DNA of 53,337 nucleotides from a bacterium (GTDB lineage Bacteria; Arandabacterota; Arandabacteria; Arandabacterales; Arandabacteraceae): NCBI GenBank assembly GCA_025774115.1, contig JALGWN010000003.1, positions 1 to 53,337 of the forward strand, read 5' to 3'. Shown piece by piece: positions 19,138 to 27,308 of this stretch (position 1 is its first letter; each line of letters starts with the position of its first letter). The notes under the pieces were generated by a model. It saw only the letters and a program-made list of their open reading frames with translations, ran no database searches and was not told where the DNA came from. The position numbers and the translations under genes were made by a program.

Positions 19138-20517
19138 ATGCACCCCATGCTGGTGAGGAAAGTGCTCTACCCGGCCTACCGGGCTCTCAAACGCGATGAC
19201 GTTCTCGCCTATCTGGCGAATATGCATAGGGTTGAGGTGATGGAGCCGGAGGAGATCCGCAAGTATCAATGGGAAAAGCTCCGGAAGCTCCTGACCTGTG
19301 CCGCTCGGCACGTACCGTACTACCGCGAGGCGTTCGGCCGTCTCGGAATGGCACCTGAGGACATAAAGAACGAGGCTGACTTCGCGATGCTTCCCGTAGT
19401 GAGAAAGCAAGACATGAAGACCTCTCCCGAAGCCTTCATTTCCGACGTCTATCCCAAGAACCATCTCACACCCGATGCCACTAGCGGCTCTACGGGCGAG
19501 AGCTTCTACTTCCACGTGGGACGCGAAGCCCGCCAGGCCGGCAGCGCCAATACCATCCGGATGAACCAGTGGATCGACATAGCAATAGGCGACAAGATAG
19601 CACTGCTGTGGGGCACGGCTTTCGATATGGACAAGACCCGGAAGTTTACCAATGCCATGAAGCTCAGGCTGTCCAACCAGATCATCCTGTCCGTATACAG
19701 GATGGACGAAAGCAGTATGGATGAGTATGTAAAGCGTCTGAAGAGATTCAAGCCCGACTTGATGGCGGGGTACCCTTCGGCAACGGCTCATTTCGCCCAG
19801 GCGATAGCGGAGGCCGGAGTCGAGGTATTCAGGCCGAGGGCAGTGGTGCTGTCCGGCGAGACACTCTATCAGTGGCAGCGAGAAGAGATCGAGAAGGCTT
19901 TCCGTACACCCGCATACAACCATTACGGTTGCAGGGAGTTCGGAGCGATTGCCAGGGAATGTAAGGCCCGAAACGGGCTCCACATAGCATGTGAGCGCCT
20001 GCTCCTCGAGGTTGTGCCGTCGGACCTGACGGGAGAAGACCATGATGCCGGAGAGCTGCTTGTCACCGATCTTGACAGCTTCGGCATGCCTTTCATTCGT
20101 TACGCGATTGAGGATCTGGGCAGCATCACCTGGGAGAAGTGTACCTGCGGACTCGGGCTGCCGCGCCTCAAGACAGCCATCGGCAGGACATTCGATGTAG
20201 TAAAGGCGCCAAACGGCAATGCCCTGGGAGGAACGTTCTGGACGTTTCTTTTCAAGAGGAAGAAGGGCATAGAACGTTTCCAGGTGATCCAGGAAGAACT
20301 CTCCAAGATAACCATGGCCATTACCCCGACCGCCGAGTTCTCCGACGAAACCCGGCAGTATATTCTGAACAAGGTCCGGGAGGCTTGCGGACCGGATATG
20401 CGGGTACGGTTTGAGCTGAAACCCAAGCTCGAAAGCACCCCTGCGGGCAAGCATAGATTCGTGATTTCCAGACTTGGCTCTCGCCGGGCAAGCGAGGACG
20501 AGAGATCCCAGGTCTGA
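19138..20517 (+). CDS. phenylacetate-CoA ligase-like adenylate-forming enzyme (CapK / F390-synthetase family)
   Basis: Start set to ATG 19138 (GGAGG 4 nt upstream), giving MHPMLVRKVLYPAYRALKRDD...WEKLRKLLTCAARHVPYYRE, ATSGSTGESFYF (AMP-binding loop) and a LuxE/PaaK-like C-terminus. The track start at 18967 would run through the promoter. Confidence 0.8.
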   Translation: MHPMLVRKVLYPAYRALKRDDVLAYLANMHRVEVMEPEEIRKYQWEKLRKLLTCAARHVPYYREAFGRLGMAPEDIKNEADFAMLPVVRKQDMKTSPEAFISDVYPKNHLTPDATSGSTGESFYFHVGREARQAGSANTIRMNQWIDIAIGDKIALLWGTAFDMDKTRKFTNAMKLRLSNQIILSVYRMDESSMDEYVKRLKRFKPDLMAGYPSATAHFAQAIAEAGVEVFRPRAVVLSGETLYQWQREEIEKAFRTPAYNHYGCREFGAIARECKARNGLHIACERLLLEVVPSDLTGEDHDAGELLVTDLDSFGMPFIRYAIEDLGSITWEKCTCGLGLPRLKTAIGRTFDVVKAPNGNALGGTFWTFLFKRKKGIERFQVIQEELSKITMAITPTAEFSDETRQYILNKVREACGPDMRVRFELKPKLESTPAGKHRFVISRLGSRRASEDERSQV

Positions 20518-20534
20518 CGGAGGCACAGCCGGAA

Positions 20535-21719
20535 ATGGTGGAACCCATCCCCGTTCTCATGTACCACTCGATCGCGCCCCCGATAGATGGATGGGCTTTC
20601 AGCTATCTTTCCATACACCCGGACGTATTTGAGGATCATGTCTTGACACTTGAGTCGGCGGGCTATGTGCCTGTAATGCTTGCCGATCTCTACGAATATG
20701 TGGCCGGTAGGCGCCGCCTGCCCCCAAAGGCCATAGTGCTCACATTCGATGACGGATATCTTGATAACTGGGTCTTTGCCTTCCCTATCTTGAGGAGGCA
20801 TGGTTTCAAAGGGACCGTTTTTGCCTCCACGGATTTCATCGACCGCCGTGACCCTAAACGTCCCAATCTTGATGACGTTCGGGAAGGACGCGTGAAGCAT
20901 GACGACCTCAAGTGGAACGGTTTCTTAAGCGCAGCGGAAATGAGGCATATGATGCTCTCGGAGGTCATGGATGTCCAGGGGCACTGTAAGACCCACACGT
21001 GGTATTTCACTTCCCCCGAGATCGTCGACTTCCACCATCCCGGCGACGGCTATCCGTGGCTGGCCTGGAACGCGAGGCCTGAAAGGAAACCCCTCTATCT
21101 GGAGGAAGATCAGTCCGGTTTTCTACCGCTGGGGGCTCCTGTTTACGCACACGCGAAAGCGGCGACTGCGCGCCGTTACTTTGCCGACCCGAGTGTCGAG
21201 CAGAAACTCGCCGACTATGTGGAAACGCACGGCGGTGCCGGCCTTTTCCACAAGCAGGGCTGGCGCGACGACCTCGAGAAGGTGTCAGCGGGAATCCTCC
21301 GGAAAGGCCTGAACGACCGGTATGAGAGTGAAGCCGAACGTATGACACGGCTTCGGGAGGAGATAATGCTAAGCAAGCAAGAGCTCGAGAGGCTGGTGGA
21401 CAAGAAGATAGACTTCCTGTGCTGGCCGGGCGGCGCTTATGATGAAACCGCCGTAGACGTCGCAGGGCAATCGGGCTATCTTGCATGGACCTTGAGCAGC
21501 CGTGACCGGCACCGTAAGAAGAATAGGCCCGGCGAGGATCCCAGGTGGATAGATCGTACAGCGGCCGTACCGTGGTGGTATTTCAGAGGCAGAAAGGTCT
21601 GTACCGTCGATGGTGAATTCCTCAAACGGACGATCGCGGCTTACAAGGACTTCAAGTTTGCCGGCCTGAGCCTGAAGTGGCTCAAGCTCGGCAGACTCCT
21701 CGGCAGATACGTCGCGTGA
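20535..21719 (+). CDS. polysaccharide deacetylase (CE4/NodB) with a long insertion
   Basis: MYHSI..., NodB motif 1 VLTFDDGYLDNW, FKGTVF, and a later GHCKTH His block. About 150 aa of extra sequence, including a coiled segment, relative to minimal NodB domains. Confidence 0.8.
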   Translation: MVEPIPVLMYHSIAPPIDGWAFSYLSIHPDVFEDHVLTLESAGYVPVMLADLYEYVAGRRRLPPKAIVLTFDDGYLDNWVFAFPILRRHGFKGTVFASTDFIDRRDPKRPNLDDVREGRVKHDDLKWNGFLSAAEMRHMMLSEVMDVQGHCKTHTWYFTSPEIVDFHHPGDGYPWLAWNARPERKPLYLEEDQSGFLPLGAPVYAHAKAATARRYFADPSVEQKLADYVETHGGAGLFHKQGWRDDLEKVSAGILRKGLNDRYESEAERMTRLREEIMLSKQELERLVDKKIDFLCWPGGAYDETAVDVAGQSGYLAWTLSSRDRHRKKNRPGEDPRWIDRTAAVPWWYFRGRKVCTVDGEFLKRTIAAYKDFKFAGLSLKWLKLGRLLGRYVA

Positions 21720-21801
21720 CCGCACAAGCAGAGGAGGCGACATCAGAAAGACGATACTCGAATTTCCGGCCAGACTGGGACTGACGCGGCTCTGGCGGCT
21801 C

Positions 21802-22743
21802 GTGAGCCCTCATGGAGTGCCGGTAATCACCCTGCACGGTGTGTTGCCGGACCCTGAAGCGCGCCTCTTTAACGCCACCGGCAAGTTCATCACACCTGAG
21901 AGGTTGGAGAGGTTCCTGGTCCGGCTGGGCCGGCTTTATGCTCCTCTGTCCCTTGATGACCTCGTGGAGGCACTGGCCGGGGGACGAAGCCTTAAGAATC
22001 GTTTTGTCCTGACCTTCGATGACGGCTACGGCACTCTCTATGACTACGCCTATCCCCTGCTGCAAAAGATGGGCATCCCCTTCGCGGTTTTTGTAACGAC
22101 CGGAATGGTTGACAGCGACACGGTGCTCTGGAACGACCTGCTCGAATTTGCCGTGTTCTCCACCGGGAAGGCCCTATTGCCCGGAGACCTGGTCAAGGAG
22201 GATCTGAGTCTGGACTCCTACGAGGAGAGGCGGAAGGCGATAATCAGGCTTAAGGCCCTTCTCAAGCAGAGGTCGCTTGAAGAGGCGCGAGACGAGGTCG
22301 CGAGGTTGTGCGAGGCACTGGAGGTCCCAACCGATGCATCGGAGCTGCGGCAGGTTCGTTTCCTGAGCACCGACCGGATACGGGAGATGTCCGGGGGTGG
22401 TGTCGTATTCGGCGGCCATTCGGTCACCCATCCGATCCTGTCGAGAGAGACCCAAGAACGCGTGCATGAGGAGATCGCCGGCTGTAAGGCCCTGCTCGAA
22501 TCCATTACCGGGAGACCCGTGACATCATTCGCTTATCCCAACGGCCAGGCCGGGGATTTCAATGAGATGGTGAAAGACGAGGTCCGCAAGGCCGGGTATC
22601 TGGCGGCATTCACGGGGATCCGTGGATTTGCGCGTCCCGGAGGTGATGTTTTCGAGATAAAGCGTCTGCTGGTCGATTGCCGATGGACTTATGAGGAGTT
22701 CGAAACCAGAGCAAGCGGTATCCTGGAAGCAGTCGGGAGGTAA
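21802..22743 (+). CDS. polysaccharide deacetylase (CE4/NodB)
   Basis: VLTFDDGYGTLYDYAYPLL, FAVFVTTG, GGHSVTHP, FAYPNG. Start is uncertain. The frame stays open upstream to about 21721, and a GAGGAGG sits at 21731..21737, but only a non-canonical ATC (21742) follows it. GTG 21802 is kept. Confidence 0.8.
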   Translation: MSPHGVPVITLHGVLPDPEARLFNATGKFITPERLERFLVRLGRLYAPLSLDDLVEALAGGRSLKNRFVLTFDDGYGTLYDYAYPLLQKMGIPFAVFVTTGMVDSDTVLWNDLLEFAVFSTGKALLPGDLVKEDLSLDSYEERRKAIIRLKALLKQRSLEEARDEVARLCEALEVPTDASELRQVRFLSTDRIREMSGGGVVFGGHSVTHPILSRETQERVHEEIAGCKALLESITGRPVTSFAYPNGQAGDFNEMVKDEVRKAGYLAAFTGIRGFARPGGDVFEIKRLLVDCRWTYEEFETRASGILEAVGR

Positions 22744-22746
22744 CCG

Positions 22747-23823
22747 ATGACCGTGGAGCCCCGGATCACCAGGTTCCAGCGCTCCGATGAGGCCGACGCA
22801 ATCCGGATGCTGCTGGATAAACTTCCGCCCTCGGAACGGGAAGGCGCCTACGCCGGCCGCCTGGCCAGATGGCAATGGCAGTACTATGACAACCCCAACA
22901 ACCCCGGCGGGGAGCCCCTGATATGGGTGGCTCGAGTCGCCGATGCCTTCGGCGGCATGGTAGCGACGATTCCCGTGAAGGTGAGGACGCCCAAGGGTTC
23001 CGTACCGGGTATGTGGGGCGTTGACTTCATCGTCAGCAGCAAGATGCGCGGTATGGGTATCGGAAAAGCCCTCCTGAGCGAGTGGCTCAAGACACCCGGT
23101 ATAGCCTTCGTGATGGGTTGGAGCCCGGTCTCTTTCAAGGTCGCAAAGGGGGTCGGGTTCGAGGTCGTCCGTGGTTTTACCACGGCCGACATCCTGCTCT
23201 CCCGCATCGGCTATGCCGTGGCTTCCGTGAAGCACAAGCAGCGGAGTGATCTCAACAGGCTTGCCCGGGTATTCTGGCGGCTCAACCCACCCGCCCGGGG
23301 GCGATCGAAGCACGGCCGGGCGGGTCATCCGGTCTCTATCGAGACAGCACTTCCGGACGGGTCCGGCGAGCTCTGGCAGCGTGTGAGTGAGTCATATGGT
23401 TTCGGGGTGGAGCGGGATCAGACCTACCTCAAGTGGCGGTTTGAAGCCCACCCTACTTACGCTTACCGGTTCGTATGTCTGGGAGACCCCCGTGATTTTA
23501 AGGGTCTGGCAGTCTGTAGGCTTACCGATGACAAGCCCCCGCTTGGGGTGATAGCCGACCTCATAGTCGATCCCGTGCGCGAAGATCTTGTCTCGACTCT
23601 CGTCGACGGGACGGTCGCTTTCCTCAAGTCCCATGGGGCATATGCCGCCCGAATGGACCTCCCACCCTGCCTTGCCGATCCGATTCTTGCACGCTACAAG
23701 TGCTCACTCAGAAAGGACCGCGGTATGATTGTGTGCACGGGCGACTCCGACCTCAAGTCAGATAGCATTCTGAAGCCTGAGACCTGGTACATTTCGCGCT
23801 CGGACGCAGACGAGGATTACTAG
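22747..23823 (+). CDS. GNAT-fold acyltransferase with C-terminal extension
   Basis: GNAT motif A context SSKMRGMGIGKALLSEW. 358 aa, so roughly 200 aa lie beyond the GNAT core. Starts 4 nt after the previous stop. Confidence 0.6.
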   Translation: MTVEPRITRFQRSDEADAIRMLLDKLPPSEREGAYAGRLARWQWQYYDNPNNPGGEPLIWVARVADAFGGMVATIPVKVRTPKGSVPGMWGVDFIVSSKMRGMGIGKALLSEWLKTPGIAFVMGWSPVSFKVAKGVGFEVVRGFTTADILLSRIGYAVASVKHKQRSDLNRLARVFWRLNPPARGRSKHGRAGHPVSIETALPDGSGELWQRVSESYGFGVERDQTYLKWRFEAHPTYAYRFVCLGDPRDFKGLAVCRLTDDKPPLGVIADLIVDPVREDLVSTLVDGTVAFLKSHGAYAARMDLPPCLADPILARYKCSLRKDRGMIVCTGDSDLKSDSILKPETWYISRSDADEDY

Positions 23824-23880
23824 GGGTCAGATCCTGAGAATCGCATTCCTGCGAGAATTCAATCTTCGAGATCTGACCCC
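23823..23880. terminator. long hairpin between the convergent GNAT gene and tRNA-Cys
   Basis: GGGGTCAGATC (23823..23833) pairs perfectly with GATCTGACCCC (23870..23880). The 36-nt loop contains an inner TCGCA/TGCGA stem. No U-run on either side. Confidence 0.35.
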
Positions 23881-23890
23881 ATCTATTAAC

Positions 23891-23966
23891 TGGAGGCGGC
23901 ACCCGGATTCGAACCGGGGAATAACGATTTTGCAGACCGTCGCCTTAGCCACTTGGCTATGCCGCC
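23891..23966 (-). tRNA. tRNA-Cys (anticodon GCA), CCA encoded
   Basis: Reverse complement GGCGGCA...ACGGT-CTGCAAA-ATCGT...CCCGG-TTCGAAT-CCGGG-TGCCGCC-T-CCA. U73 discriminator as expected for Cys. Confidence 0.92.
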
Positions 23967-23981
23967 TTGCTATCAGACCTA

Positions 23982-24010
23982 ATGATATAATCTAACCCCA
24001 ACCTGGTCAA
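23982..24010 (-). promoter_or_regulatory. sigma70-type promoter for tRNA-Cys
   Basis: Minus strand: TTGACC (24010..24005), 17 nt, TATCAT (23987..23982). tRNA 5' end is 15 nt downstream of the -10. Confidence 0.45.
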
Positions 24011-24042
24011 GGACAAAGGGGTCAATGCGTCGACTTGACCCC
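24011..24042 (-). terminator. hairpin terminator after the sulfatase-like gene
   Basis: GGGGTCAA / 9-nt loop / TTGACCCC (24018..24042) starts at the stop codon. On the minus strand it is followed by TTTGTCC. Confidence 0.4.
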
Positions 24043-25466
24043 TATTCCAAATAGCCGAGGCCGCGCAGGTGCGCCTTTATCTTCTCATCCAAGTCGGCGG
24101 CGGCGCCGGTGCGGACCCTGGGAACCTTCTCGATCCACTCGCGGGCACGGTTGAGGTAGGTCTTGGATCTTGGATCATCCGGGAAATAGAGGTTATTGGT
24201 CTCCCCCGGATCGGACTCGCGGTTGAAGAGAGCATGCTTGTCTTTCGAGGACCAGACGAACTTCCTCTTTGATGTCTTGAAAGATATCATGCAACCGTAA
24301 TCGAACTCCTCAAACCGGTGGTCCGGGTAGGTCGTTTTCCAATAGTCCAGGCCCTTGGCGAAATTCTTGCGCTCGGTCACCACAAACTCATGCCGGTCGT
24401 CGCCAAGAAGCGAAATGCCCTGGGCTTCGGGAACGTGTTTACGCATGTCGGTGCCTGCCAGCTCAAGCATGGTCGGGCCGAGATCGATGGTGCTCACCAG
24501 GCGGTCCCGGCGGCCGGCCATAGCGCACTCCTTCGGGAATTTTATTATAAGAGGCACCCTGACCGATTCTTCATAGGGATAGAGGCCATGGGAGACCAGG
24601 TCTCTCTCCCCCAGGTATTCACCGTGGTCGGCTGTTACAACGATCATGGTGTTGTCGTAGAGGCCTGAGGTCTTCAACGTCTCTACGAGTTCCTTTATGA
24701 AAATATCGTTCTTATAGATTGAGGCGTCGTGCATGGCCCTGAGTATGGTGTAGTAGCGTTCCCGCTCGGCCGGCGAGTGGCTTTCCCTGCTGAACCAGTA
24801 CATGTTTCCACTCCGTTGGACATCCTCGACCAGCCGGATCTCCGCTTCCGATATCCCGGGCTCCAGGAAGGGTTTGAGATACTTGCGATCGGACAGGTAG
24901 GGATGATGCGCATCGTGGTGGAGGTACATGAAGAAGGGCGTGCCGTCCGCCCGGGTTTGCCCGAGCAGTGTCTTTGCCTGATCGTTGATCATCTGCGGGA
25001 GAAACTTGAGCGAGGCCCTCCGGTTCACATACTGTCTCACAATCACGGGGAGGTTCCTGAGTATGACGCGTCTTGCCAGTACATTGAGGAACCGGCCCGG
25101 ATAGACGAAGTAGAAACGATCGACTCCCCTGTCAAAACCGGTGGACGGGCTCATATAAGGATTGTTGGAGAGCGCAGTAACACGATAACCCTGCCGGCTG
25201 AGGATCTCCGGTATTAGGGCTACGTCTTCCTGCGGGTACCGGTCGCTGAAGAAATCGTACTGCTGAGGGTAAAGACCGGTGAAGATCGAAGTCATAGCGG
25301 GGCGCGTCCAGGCAGCAGGAGCACTCGCGTCGAGATACAAGGCCGTCTCGGAAGCAGCCGAGGCCAAGAAGGGGGTGGTGTTCTTCCTATAACCATAGAC
25401 GCCGAAATGGTCCGGTCTGGCGCTGTCTATGACTATGAAGAGTATATTAGGTTTGGATGGAACCAA
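24042..25466 (-). CDS. sulfatase-like hydrolase/transferase (alkaline-phosphatase superfamily; not a formylglycine sulfatase)
   Basis: NILFIVIDSARPDHFG metal-site start and VVTADHGEYLGE. At the position of the sulfatase C/S-x-P-x-R motif it reads W-T-R-P-A-M-T-S-I-F-T-G. TTG start at 25466 with a GGGAGGGACT SD region. Confidence 0.85.
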   Translation of the reverse strand: MVPSKPNILFIVIDSARPDHFGVYGYRKNTTPFLASAASETALYLDASAPAAWTRPAMTSIFTGLYPQQYDFFSDRYPQEDVALIPEILSRQGYRVTALSNNPYMSPSTGFDRGVDRFYFVYPGRFLNVLARRVILRNLPVIVRQYVNRRASLKFLPQMINDQAKTLLGQTRADGTPFFMYLHHDAHHPYLSDRKYLKPFLEPGISEAEIRLVEDVQRSGNMYWFSRESHSPAERERYYTILRAMHDASIYKNDIFIKELVETLKTSGLYDNTMIVVTADHGEYLGERDLVSHGLYPYEESVRVPLIIKFPKECAMAGRRDRLVSTIDLGPTMLELAGTDMRKHVPEAQGISLLGDDRHEFVVTERKNFAKGLDYWKTTYPDHRFEEFDYGCMISFKTSKRKFVWSSKDKHALFNRESDPGETNNLYFPDDPRSKTYLNRAREWIEKVPRVRTGAAADLDEKIKAHLRGLGYLE

Positions 25467-25597
25467 GGTCTAAAGTCCCTCCCGGCCCGGCGTTCATGGG
25501 TTCCGGCCGGGTGCGCCGCCGTCTGTGTTTTGTCGTATCCGTACCCCGTACCCGGACACCCGGCAGAAGCCGGAACGTGTGTTGGAAATGGAAGACC

Positions 25598-25639
25598 CCA
25601 TGGGTAAACCCCTGATCTTCTGCATAGGCGGACAAAAAA
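25598..25639 (-). repeat. copy A of a 42-nt conserved leader core
   Basis: 35/42 identical, ungapped and in the same orientation, to 45637..45678. Abuts the tRNA-Gly 3' end. 131 nt upstream of the sulfatase-like start. Confidence 0.75.
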
Positions 25640-25714
25640 TGGAGCGGGAAACGGGACTTGAACCCGCGACTTCCACCTTGGCAAGGTGGCGCTCTACCAC
25701 TGAGCTATTCCCGC
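25640..25714 (-). tRNA. tRNA-Gly (anticodon GCC), CCA encoded
   Basis: Reverse complement GCGGGAA-TA-GCTC-AGTGGTA-GAGC-G-CCACC-TTGCCAA-GGTGG-AAGTC-GCGGG-TTCAAGT-CCCGT-TTCCCGC-T-CCA. Confidence 0.92.
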
Positions 25715-25805
25715 TCAATCCGGCTTCTCATGGTTTTCTGTGACATGTTATAGCTTAATCCCAAGAACGTCAAGGAACACTTTGGGAGCGGTCGCCGGCC
25801 TGTGC

Positions 25806-27308
25806 TCAACGGTCGGCCCCTCCCTTCTTGAGCGTCTCCACGTAGACATCCGTATAGGTCGCGGCCGCCCGGTCCCAGGAGAAGTCCTGCGCCATGGCCC
25901 TCCGGACCATGCCGGTCCATGCGTCCTTATCGTCAAAGACCTTGCCGGCCCGCTCGACCGCACTGAAAAGAGCATCCGCGGAATACTCCGTGAATACGAA
26001 TCCGGTGGATTCGTCGCCCTTCTCGTGGTCTATCACCGTATCGGCAAGGCCGCCGGTTGCCCTGACGATCGGGATCGTCCCGTACTTCATGCTGTACATC
26101 TGATTGAGCCCGCAGGGTTCATACCTCGAGGGCATGAGAAACATATCGCAGCCTGCTTCGATCTGGTGCGCAAGCTGCTCGTCGAAAGCCAGGTTGAGTG
26201 AGACCCTGCCCGGGAAACGGACCGCTGCCTCGGTCAGGACCTCGTGGTAGCGTTTCTCGCCCAAGCCGAGTATGACAAAACCCAGGCCGAGCTCCATGAG
26301 CCGGTCGAATGCATCGGAGAGAATGTCGAAGCCTTTCTGAGCAACCAGGCGGGACACTATGCCGACCAGGGGAGCATCCGGGCTTAGGTTAAGATTCAAG
26401 CGTTCCAGCAGATCCCATTTACACTTCTGCTTGCCGTGGGGTTTCCGCGAACTGAACTTGCAGGCGATGAAGCCATCATGTTCCGGGTTCCAGACCCCAT
26501 AGTCGGCTCCGTTAAGGATGCCGACAAGATCACTTGAGCGTGCCCTCAACACCTCCTCAAGGCCATGGCCGAACTCGGGAGTCTGGATCTCCTTGGCATA
26601 TGTCGGACTCACCGCAGTTATGGTGTCGGCAGCTGCGATTCCGGCCTTCATCATGTTTACCCGGCCGTTGAGCTCGATATCGGCCCCGGACTTGAGCATT
26701 TCCTCTCCAAAGCCGGCCTTGTAGGCCATCTCCCGAGGGTGATCGCCCTGGTAGGCGAGGTTATGGATGGTGAAGACCGTCCGAAGGCCTCCCGGGAGGC
26801 CGGCAGATGTGGGTGGATACTTGACCCACGCCGGTATGAAACCGGTCTGATGATCGTGACAGTGGATTATGTTCGGATCGAAGCCTGTGAGCTTCACAAG
26901 CCTGAGAACCGCCCTCGAGAAGAAGGTGAATCTGTCGGCGTCATCCTGGTAGGGCTCACCGGTTGCCCCGTCGACATAGATCCCGTCACGGTCGAAGAAA
27001 TCACTGCTCTCTATGAGATAGACCTCGACCTTGCTGTTGGGTAATCTGGTTTTCCAGGCCCTTGCAGGGTAGGTGGTGTCACCGAGCGCGATATCGAAGA
27101 GTTCGGCCCCTCTGACTTTCTCCGGCGAACCCACCTTGTCCCTCATGGACTTGTAATAGGGAAGCGCAAGCCGGACATCATGGCCCTGCTCCCTAAGAGC
27201 CTGGGGCAATGCACCCATGACGTCGGCCAGACCGCCAACTTTGGCAAGTGGATGAGCTTCAGCTGCAACCATCAGAATCGACAGTTTCCTTTCCATCGTA
27301 GGAATCAC
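25806..27308 (-). CDS. glgA: glycogen/starch synthase GlgA (GT5)
   Basis: LSILMVAAEAHPLAKVGGLADVMGALPQAL (KxGGL motif). PSRYEPCGLNQMY and TGGLADTV near the C-terminus. Confidence 0.92.
   Translation of the reverse strand: MIPTMERKLSILMVAAEAHPLAKVGGLADVMGALPQALREQGHDVRLALPYYKSMRDKVGSPEKVRGAELFDIALGDTTYPARAWKTRLPNSKVEVYLIESSDFFDRDGIYVDGATGEPYQDDADRFTFFSRAVLRLVKLTGFDPNIIHCHDHQTGFIPAWVKYPPTSAGLPGGLRTVFTIHNLAYQGDHPREMAYKAGFGEEMLKSGADIELNGRVNMMKAGIAAADTITAVSPTYAKEIQTPEFGHGLEEVLRARSSDLVGILNGADYGVWNPEHDGFIACKFSSRKPHGKQKCKWDLLERLNLNLSPDAPLVGIVSRLVAQKGFDILSDAFDRLMELGLGFVILGLGEKRYHEVLTEAAVRFPGRVSLNLAFDEQLAHQIEAGCDMFLMPSRYEPCGLNQMYSMKYGTIPIVRATGGLADTVIDHEKGDESTGFVFTEYSADALFSAVERAGKVFDDKDAWTGMVRRAMAQDFSWDRAAATYTDVYVETLKKGGADR

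Noticed and set aside
25598-25639. The 42-nt repeat pair as attL/attR of an integrated element spanning 25.6-45.7 kb.
   Set aside because: The repeat does not include tRNA sequence and no recombinase lies between the copies. The similarity extends collinearly to the ribosome-binding sites of two unrelated genes at similar distances, which fits a shared leader rather than an attachment site.
17243-25714. Genomic-island interpretation of the segments bracketed by tRNA-Leu, tRNA-Cys and tRNA-Gly.
   Set aside because: There is no integrase, transposase, direct repeat of a tRNA 3' end or phage/plasmid gene. At least tRNA-Cys and probably tRNA-Gly have plausible promoters of their own. The gene content is functionally continuous with the EPS locus.
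25640-25714. tRNA-Gly as a dedicated non-ribosomal donor for the nearby FemAB-like enzyme, by analogy with the staphylococcal cell-wall tRNA-Gly.
   Set aside because: The tRNA has the normal GG in the D loop and the G49-U65/G51-C63 T-stem pairs typical of EF-Tu-competent elongator tRNA-Gly.
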